A program made the translations under genes and the position numbers. From the NCBI GenBank assembly GCA_051294375.1, contig CM119268.1:17571132-17635131 (forward strand): 64,000 nt of DNA, read 5' to 3'. This stretch comes from Paraspadella gotoi. Lineage: Eukaryota > Animalia > Chaetognatha. Positions 54,518-64,000 of this stretch are shown piece after piece (the first letter of the stretch is position 1; each line of letters opens with the position of its first letter). The notes beneath the pieces were generated by a model. That model did no database searches and was not told where the DNA came from. It was given only the letters and a program-made list of their open reading frames with translations.

Positions 54518-56877
54518 GAGAGAGAGAGCCAAAAACGCTGGAGGAAAAAGCGAGAGCTAAACGAAGGGAATTACAACAAAGATTGGAGAGAAAAAATTAA
54601 GTACAGGAGAGAAAAGGAGAGAGAAAGAACGAAGGTCGGCAAAAAGAGAGAGAAACAGAAAAACAGAAAACATAAAAGTAAAAAAACAATGAAAAAAAAA
54701 ACGATTGAGCGAATTCTGTGAGAAGGAAAGCGCTAAGATTTCTGGGGAAAAAGAAGATAAAGTCAAATTAAAAAGTGTGGGAAAGCAAAAGGCTGAGAGT
54801 TAGTATTTTCGAAACCTGTTTTGCCTTTTATTTTTTTGTTTTTTTGAAGATTTAAAGGCTTGGATCGAATTCGACAAAAGATCGAAAAACCTTGGAAAGG
54901 GCGAGCCTTGCTGGGTGGGGGTCTAAGGGGTTGTGGGGGTCTCAGGAAAAGCAGCTTGGATTGCGTTTTTGTTGTTGTTCTTTTTACCTTTGTTGTTTTA
55001 ATGACAATACAAGCACAGTTGAAGTAACTATAATAATTTGATGTCTAATAACATTTGTTCGAACACAAAACGATATTTTTTTGCCAAATATATAACGAAA
55101 TATTTTGTAAATAAAATGGTTTTCCTTTCGCATAGATGTTCTCATAATGAAACATAAAATTATTCGTCAGACCACTTCTGTTTAGCTAAGTTTTTTAACA
55201 AGTCAATACGTAATTAAATTTAAGGAAGGATTCGAAAGAAAAATTGCTGAGTCAAAGTGTGAAGAGGTTAACAAGCAATAAGTAGTTTTTCACAACCGCA
55301 ACTCTAAAGATCGTAAGTTAAGGGGAAGTGTATAATTTGTAAGGTTATCGCGAACGTTTTATTGATTTGAGCTTTTGATCCTGGATCGTTTGGGTAATTT
55401 AAGACGTTTTTAAGCAAAACTCTGCTCGGAGGGAGAGAGAGGGGATTCTGGATAGAGAGGTTAAAGATGGGATAAAAGACGAAGGGAAAGAGCGAGGCTG
55501 GAGGAGAGCGAGATTAATGATGATAGACACAAAAAGAGAGAGAAAGAAAACATTTGTTTCGAAGATTATAAAAAAGATCAAAACTTTGAAACAAAATGTA
55601 AGTTTAAGACAGGATAGAAGGTTTAGGAATGAAAGGTAAAAACAGCGATCGAACAGAATGAAAAATAGTCGAACAGAAAAAAAAGGGGAGATGATCCGAA
55701 AGCGATGATCGCCTTAATTATTGCGAAGCGTTTATGAGGTTAATGGCCAAAAGTCATCACGAAAAAAAAAATATCAATGCTGCTCTTATATCTCTCTCGT
55801 CTACTCTCGTTCTCTCTGCTCATCTCGTCTCCCTCTCTCTCTTCTCTCTCTCTCCTTCTCTCTCTTCTTCGTTGTTGTTATCTTTTCGTTCGGAACGCTT
55901 CATTCTTTTTTCGCAAGATAACCGACGACTGACGCTAACTTTTTGATCAAGTCTTATGTCTCTCGCCGTCGCTTTCTGCTCCTTTTCTTCTTCTCTCTTT
56001 CTCTTCCTCCTCTCTCTCTCTCTCTCTCTGCCTCCCTCTCTCTTCTCTTCTCTCTCTCTCTTCTCTCTCTTCTCTCTCGTCTCTCTCCTCTCTCTCTCTC
56101 TCTGCGATGAGAAAAGTCAAACAGATTCTGCACCTCCTCCCGCTCTTCAAGGTAAGACTTAAGCAAATTTTCTTTCGATTCGCTTTTTAAGTTTTTACTC
56201 CGGCGGAGATGCGAGCGTCCGGCAGGTGCAAGTGTCCGCTTCGCTTGCCAGATGCAAAGTTCCAGATGCAAACTCACTAAATTCGGTTCCGTTTGCTTGC
56301 AAAAAGTTGGGCGTTCCAAAAGGGGGCGAGCAGCAGCTTGGCTAAGCACCGAGAATTACACAAGCAATCAATTACTCTACGAATCACAATCATCAATCAT
56401 TCTCGATCGGTCCGATCACTTCGCAAACGAAACTCCGTCATTAATCTTCCCCGTGACGGTTGCATTCATTTTCTTCTTTTCTTCCACTGCGCGGAAACTT
56501 AAGTCTTTCACGTACAAACGCGACCTGATCGCAAAATAACGCGTTATTCCACACACAAAACGCCGACAATGTACATTGGCGAGTCACGTTCCGCTCGTTA
56601 AGAGATCGGCCCGTTTTTTTCAATCGCCCACCCTGTAAGACCGAGGCTGATTTTTTTCGCCCACCCGATGCGAACACGGCTGGCTTTTCACAGCGCTTGC
56701 GCGATCAGCCAATGACTTTGCCGGCGGCGGCGGCGGCGGCGGCGGTAGCGGCGTTGGAGGCGCGGCGTTTTTTTTAATGCTTTTCTTCCTCTTTGTTTTT
56801 CAATTTTCCTCCTTCGCTTGTTTTCATTTCGAGGTCAACTTCTCTTTTTTAGCTTTTCTCCCGAAGCGAACGAGCGA

Positions 56878-56878
<1 letters not shown>

Positions 56879-56933
<55 letters not shown>
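56879..56933. repeat. (CGA)n microsatellite
   Basis: Perfect trinucleotide run. ACG/CGT runs are also at about 30.1-30.8, 33.7-34.0, 43.0-43.5 and 63.8 kb. Confidence 0.95.
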
Positions 56934-57127
56934 CGACAATATTGAAGAATAACAACGACGACGGCGAATGGGGAACGACGACTTTGGCGTCAGCCTCGGA
57001 ATTTTTAACTACAAACTGCTTTTTTTTTAACTGCTGCTCCGGTGGTGGGCGGCGTCGTCGTCGTCGGCGTCGGCGTCGGCAGGCAGCCTGGCTGCCGGCG
57101 CAAAGAAACAAAAAGCGTAGGAATTCT

Positions 57128-57175
57128 GTGCGTCGGCAACTGGCGCGTCGGCAACTGGTGCGTCGGCAACTAGCG
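57128..57175. repeat. 15-bp tandem repeat G(T/C)GCGTCGGCAACTG x3
   Basis: Directly visible; resembles the subterminal arrays of foldback-type DNA transposons. Confidence 0.8.
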
Positions 57176-58989
57176 TGTCCGCGGTTGTTTTACTTAAAGT
57201 TACTCTGTGATTAAGCAATTTTCATGACATTAACTATCATTAAAATAACACTAAAGATTATTGATTGCCCAAATTGCTTGCTTGTATCAGCGTGACTCGG
57301 CTCGTGTTGCATCGTGATTCATTTAGTGAAACTTTTTCCGATTCTATTCTTTCGTTAAAATTGTGAAAGAATCACAGCAAAACATTTGTCTCGAATGACT
57401 CGTTCAACTATTTTTTTCTCCTTCTGAGTTATTCAAAAAATTTTTCTCGCTCTTTACTGAATTTTTTTTAGAGGTTTTCTTTTTTCCATTTACCCTCTGG
57501 AAATTCCGTTTATAGATTCATACTCTCTCTCTCTCTCCTTCTCTCCTCTCTCTCTCTCGTCTCTCTCTCTACTATCATCATTCTCTATCGCCGAGAAAAT
57601 GTGTTTAATTTGGTTTTTCACAAGATTGAATAGTTTTGAAACTAAAATTCCATCTTAGGACAGAAGGAACAACATACTAAAAAAAAGAACAACGATTTAA
57701 TACTTTTAGATTTAAAAAAATTCACCCAAAAAAAAAACAGAACAAGTTAGTAAGATACAATTCACGAGAAACAACGATAATCGAATTTGATTTATCTTTC
57801 AATTGACCATTATNNNNNNNNNNNNNNNNNNNNNNNNNNNNNNNNNNNNNNNNNNNNNNNNNNNNNNNNNNNNNNNNNNNNNNNNNNNNNNNNNNNNNNN
57901 NNNNNNNNNNNNNNNNNNNNNNNNNNNNNNNNNNNNNNNNNNNNNNNNNNNNNNNNNNNNNNNNNNNNNNNNNNNNNNNNNNNNNNNNNNNNNNNNNNNN
58001 NNNNNNNNNNNNGTGAAAGAGTTTATAATTATTTATCGTCGACTCCTCTGTATCTTTGTAAAGGCGAAGCTTGGCGCCAGTGACCAGGTTGGCCGATGGA
58101 AAAATATTGACGTTCCGGTTTTGGCATAGTTTTCGTCGGTTGCATGACTATGTGAAGGCCAGTGCAAACTGGCTTTTCGACTCAGTTTATTGTTAAAGCC
58201 AGAAAGAGAGTTTTTTGACTGGGTTGTCACTAGCTTTCTCATTCTCTCTCTTTCAGTTTTCTTCGAAAACAGGAAACTCACGTCATGTAAAGAACGCGTG
58301 GCCAGACTGATCACCTGATCGGACTCACCACGTGATACGACTGACCACGTGATCCGACCAGACCACGCGATGCGTCCCCCGTGACTTTGGTTGACCCGTG
58401 ACTTTGCCACGGACGTGTCAGGCCCGCAGAATGCGCACCGAACCGCCGAAGCCTTTTCTTCTTTTGGATTCCAAAAGTCGTTGTGAGTCGTGACCCAATT
58501 TCACGGATACGATTTGCGTGAGATGGAAGGAACTGAGGCAAACGCAGTCACGACTCACGACTCACGACTCGGACGACGCTGTCGGGATGTGAATGGAGAA
58601 TTCGTGAACTCGGGACAAAAAGATTCACAGATTATCGATTTGGTGAGAGAGTCAAAAAGAGGAGCAGCTTTTGACGTTGAAGTCCAAAGTCTATGAGAAT
58701 CGATGTTGCGAATTCATAAAAGCAGAATTCGCTTCTACATCAGTCCTTTTTTTAAGAAGTATTCTGAAAAAATCACATAGTGAAAACCACTTCTCCCGCG
58801 ATATCCACCCACTCGACATTTACATTTCACCGACAGAAATTCCATTCACATTCCACCTCCGCCTCACATGTTTCGCCGTCGACGAAATTCGAGTCGTGAA
58901 CTTCAAAATGGCGAACGACATTCGTGAAACTAGATTCACGCCACCGACATCGTTTTGGGAATGAGATTCACGCGCTAGACATTAAAAAG

Positions 58990-59068
58990 CCGGTATCCAC
59001 GCGCCCGATATTCACGCGCCCGACATTCACGCGCCCGACATTCACTCGGCCGATATTTACTCGACATC
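58990..59068. repeat. 15-bp tandem repeat CACGCGCCCGACATT x4-5
   Basis: CCGGTATC followed by decaying 15-bp units; possibly a foldback/MITE terminus. Confidence 0.8.
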
Positions 59069-60139
59069 CTCTGACGTTGCATTCACGGGCGCGACATTTT
59101 CGCGCGCGCAATTCGCCTCGGAGTCATTTTCACGCGCGCTCTTAGTGAGAGTTTCCTTTTCTGTCGCTGCTGGTCACGTGATCAACCGACCAAGACGATT
59201 GAATGAGCGTGAATTTTCACGAAAGCGAGTCACCAAAAAGTTCGCACGTGAGGTAACGCGTGCACCTGAAATAGATGGTAATCATATTGTGAGACGCGTT
59301 GATCGCAACCAGGGAACCGAAAATTACATGGGAAATTCTGAGAAATGACTGGTGATTCATTTGTTGGTGTCGGGGAAAAGTCTAGGGAGGTTCGGAGAGA
59401 AAAAGAGAGCGACTTGGGGAATTCGTAGTAATTCCTACTTATTTCATTCAAGAACTACAAGTCTTCGATCGAATTAAAGTTAATGCATTTTTCCAAGATG
59501 CGTTTAAAATTCGTTTCCTCTATTTTTGTAACATCAAGAACATTCGTGCGAAATCGATCGTTCTTGGTCGCACGCACAAAGATGGACGCTCGACTCTCAT
59601 GCTGCGTGCCCCTCGGCGGCTGCGAAGGCCGCGGCTGCTGCGATNNNNNNNNNNNNNNNNNNNNNNNNNNNNNNNNNNNNNNNNNNNNNNNNNNNNNNNN
59701 NNNNNNNNNNNNNNNNNNNNNNNNNNNNNNNNNNNNNNNNNNNNNNNNNNNNNNNNNNNNNNNNNNNNNNNNNNNNNNNNNNNNNNNNNNNNNNNNNNNN
59801 NNNNNNNNNNNNNNNNNNNNNNNNNNNNNNNNNNNNNNAAAAAAAACGTGAGTCCGACAAAAGAAAAAAAAAAGATTTTGAAAATAAAACCTGGGGGAAA
59901 AAATAATAAAAAAGCCACCTAAGTAATAAAAAAACCCAAAATATTAAAATAAAAAAGACTTGAAATAAAACATAAAAACTAAAAAAAGGTCCCTTGACGA
60001 TGCGCTGCCTCTGATCCATAAAGTCCGAGTTGATTTCAATCTCGACGATAGAAAAAAAATTAATTTAGTTTCGCATAAAAATTAATTTTCTTGCGCTCGC
60101 GTTTTTTCGAGATTAATTGACGCCTTTGATAATTGGGTG

Positions 60140-60245
<106 letters not shown>

Positions 60246-63200
60246 TGACCATGAATTTATTAATTAACCGCCGTCATTAAACGAATGAGTTTTTACGAAA
60301 CGGATCCGACTTTGTTCTGAAGCAAGTCAAAATGTTTAATATAATTGTTTTTTTATTATGAATTAAAATTCAACTTTTTACTCTCAAGAGGTGCTTGAAA
60401 ACAATAAGTTAATATAAATAAAAACTATGTTTTAGAAAGATATGAAATTTCAAGTTGATATTTTGTTCTCTTTATATCATCAATTGGCTTATAACCCAAA
60501 TACTCTCGTCCCTTCCATACACCGAACACTCCCTCTTCAACATCCCGCCTCCACCCATCCTCGGTCCTTCCTAACCCCTCAGAAACTGACAAGCTTTCAC
60601 CCGCGTTTCTCACTTAGGGTCGTTGATAAATTTTCGAAATGCCTTTCGGCGATAACCTCCACCCTCGGCCCGCCCCCTCCCCCTCCTAAAACCCGGATGA
60701 ACTTTGATCCTTCATTTCCGAGAAAAGAAGAGAAAAAAAACCCACCGGATGTAATTTGGGCTCAAAGCGAGTGTGTGTGATCTTTCAGCAAAAGAGAAAA
60801 AAGCGTCAATAGATGTTTGTTGCAGTTGATTTTGTAATCGTTGTAGGAGAAGCTCTTGTTTGATTAAATTAATAAATGTTGTTAAAGCTAATGCTGAAGC
60901 TAAACTACTGATAACGTACTAATAGGAACAATACAGTTTATTTTTGATTTCATCATTTTGCAGGCTGATGTTACACGGCTACATATAGATCTTGTCCAAC
61001 TGAGACAAGGTTTTGTAAAATTGCTGTTGTCGATCATGTTAGGAAGTTGACGACTTGAGTCTCTTAATTAAAGTTTTTTATTCTACACAAGCTGCTTGAT
61101 GTTATCGTCATGCTAGGAATTTAGGATGAGAGAAACGATGCTGCTTGATCGATCAAAGCTGCTTTCCCCGATTTCATGGCCGCTTTATCCCTCAAAACAC
61201 TTTGTCCGCCCTATTTTGGGGAATCCCCCTCAAAATTCGGAACTGAGCGGTTTTTTTTCCTTTCTTTCTTTTTTATATCTTCTCCACATATAATGGCTTT
61301 GCTCCCTCCTTTCCTCCTCCTCCTACTCTTCCTCACTTCTTTCATCCTCCTCCTACTCTTCCTCCCTCCTTTCCTCCTCCTACTCTACCTCCCTCCTTTC
61401 CTCCTCCTGTAACTTCTACTCTCCTCCTTCCTCCTTTCTCTGTGAGCTGCATTCAGTGACAAGGACAGGCCAAGGAAACCCAAACATTAGGCCGGGGATA
61501 TGATGAGCTGAATTANNNNNNNNNNNNNNNNNNNNNNNNNNNNNNNNNNNNNNNNNNNNNNNNNNNNNNNNNNNNNNNNNNNNNNNNNNNNNNNNNNNNN
61601 NNNNNNNNNNNNNNNNNNNNNNNNNNNNNNNNNNNNNNNNNNNNNNNNNNNNNNNNNNNNNNNNNNNNNNNNNNNNNNNNNNNNNNNNNNNNNNNNNNNN
61701 NNNNNNNNNNNNNNNNNNNNNNNNNNNNNNNNNNNNNNNNNNNNNNNNNNNNNNNNNNNNNNNNNNNNNNNNNNNNTTCTTTCCCCCTCCCTCACTCCCT
61801 CCCTCTCGTGTAAGGATTATGGAAAATATGGCTGGGATCCCCCGGCCTGGGTTCTTGTTTGAATAAGAATTATCTCTTCCCCTTTTTTTTCATTTTCTCT
61901 CTTTATTTCCACTTTTTGAGGCAGCAGCCTTTTTCAGTTTTAGGCAGGAACATTTCTTGAATATTTCATTTTCAAGAGGATTTTTTCGCCGACAGGAGAA
62001 AATAAAGAAGAGGAGTTGATCTCTCCACTCTCATTTAGTCTTTTATTTTTCACATTCGCGCCAAACGAGTCGGAAAAATATTAAATGAAACGGGATGATG
62101 AAAAAAAAATAGGGAAAGTGAATTGTCAGGTATTAAATATGAACAATATATGATGCAGAACTAGGCTACTTTCAAAAGAAAGATAAAACTATATGCCTCA
62201 TTTTAAAGACTTTAACTAAAATCGGCAGAAAAAAAACTTTCACTCGTAAAACGCGAGCGTTTCCTATACAATATACATACATTGGTTTGAGACTTTAATT
62301 TAAAAAGCCAAGCGCTTGAACCTTGACAACTAATTTAATTAAAGGAAAAAAAAAACTTTACTATCTCAAATCTCCGAACGGATTTCGAAAAATCTCAGTT
62401 TTACTGCTTTCTCTCTTTTTTTTTTCAAATGTTAAAAATTCCGTTCTGTTTCTTTCTTTTTTTTTTTCTTTTTTTTGTTTTTTGTTTCTAGCGACAAGAG
62501 AGAGAAACACGGCTTCTTTTTTTTGCGATGAGGAATCGTGAGAGAGTCGATGTCGTTTTCTTTATGCTCGTTATCTTAACGATCCTATTCACCAGCTCTT
62601 GTATAACGGCCCCGACATTCNNNNNNNNNNNNNNNNNNNNNNNNNNNNNNNNNNNNNNNNNNNNNNNNNNNNNNNNNNNNNNNNNNNNNNNNNNNNNNNN
62701 NNNNNNNNNNNNNNNNNNNNNNNNNNNNNNNNNNNNNNNNNNNNNNNNNNNNNNNNNNNNNNNNNNNNNNNNNNNNNNNNNNNNNNNNNNNNNNNNNNNN
62801 NNNNNNNNNNNNNNNNNNNNNNNNNNNNNNNNNNNNNNNNNNNNNNNNNNNNNNNNNNNNNNNNNNNNNNNNNNNNNNNNNNNNNNNNNNNNNNNNNNNN
62901 NNNNNNNNNNNNNNNNNNNNNNNNNNNNNNNNNNNNNNNNNNNNNNNNNNNNNNNNNNNNNNNNNNNNNNNNNNNNNNNNNNNNNNNNNNNNNNNNNNNN
63001 NNNNNNNNNNNNNNNNNNNNNNNNNNNNNNNNNNNNNNNNNNNNNNNNNNNNNNNNNNNNNNNNNNNNNNNNNNNNNNNNNNNNNNNNNNNNNNNNNNNN
63101 NNNNNNNNNNNNNNNNNNNNNNNNNNNNNNNNNNNNNNNNNNNNNNNNNNNNNNNNNNNNNNNNNNNNNNNNNNNNNNNNNNNNNNNNNNNNNNNNNNNN

Positions 63201-64000
63201 NNNNNNNNNNNNNNNNNNNNNNNNNNNNNNTCGCAAACGACGCGTTGACGCCGTTTTATTTATTTATTTTTTGTTTTATTGTTTTGCTTATTATATCTTT
63301 TTCTATTTTGTGCTTTATTCTCAGTTTGCATCTTTGGATAATCAATTCTTAGCGAAGGAATTCTTTTTTGTTTCTGTGGACGGACGACTAGATACAATTA
63401 AGAAATACCATCACCCATCAACAATAATTGAAACCCAACCTTAATGTAATGTGCCTAATGGGCTCTGCCCAAGTGCCCATTGAGCCGGGAGCTACTAAGA
63501 TGTTCTTATTCCAGAATAAGAAACAATACCTTACCGAAAAACTCACCTCCTCATCAAATGATTATTACTGATAATAATTCTCTACCGATCTAAGTCTAAG
63601 ATCCCACAAACGCCTTCGTTACTTTTGCAACGACATCTGCTTTCGAATTGAAAGCTTTTAATTTTCACTCCGACTCGCGTCGCCTAGAATGACGACTTTT
63701 TTTTTTTCATCTCGAAACTTAATTTGTCGTCGAACGTCAGACGTCGGATCCCGACGCCCGATCGACGCGACATCTGTTGGGCTGGAGACGACGACGATGA
63801 CGACGACTAAATCGTCATCGACGATTGCGTAAATGACGACTATAACGACGAAGGAAACGATGCCAAAAACGACGACGAAGACGACGACAGCGACGACAAG
63901 ATTGAATCTCTTGATTAACATGAATACGACATCGATAAAAATAAAGAACATCGATATTGGGAGGTATTATGGCGGCAAGAAAGAACAAGTAAAGCACAGC

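Overview
Gappy, microsatellite-rich (AG, ACG, AGAT) eukaryotic, probably invertebrate animal, scaffold. Nearly all listed six-frame ORFs are microsatellite or N-run artefacts; the real genes are spliced and were assembled by hand. Supported content: (1) a complete 5-exon RhoA/Rho1-like GTPase (minus, 5302-6755, 202 aa, CAAX CSLL); (2) a divergently transcribed, complete 4-exon gene (8017-9630, 187 aa) for a secreted Cys/Trp/Tyr-rich protein with signal peptide, KR site and two CG-x6-YxWCxT...WxYC modules; (3) the 3' half of a polycystin-2 (PKD2/TRPP) channel gene (minus, about 11950-17349), hidden by many small indels; (4) an intact intronless tRNA-Arg(TCT) (minus, 32878-32950); (5) transposon relics: a decayed Gypsy integrase, Helentron/HINE-like ends, a degenerate Penelope-type minimal hammerhead and an inverted pair of tRNA-derived units. 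The most unusual pattern: in all three genes, some introns begin with tandem degenerate copies of the upstream exon end plus 5' splice site. A 6.6-kb palindrome (33240-39867) and the duplications around 24.4-26.2 kb look like long-read gap-filling artefacts. From about 40 kb onward no gene could be identified with confidence.
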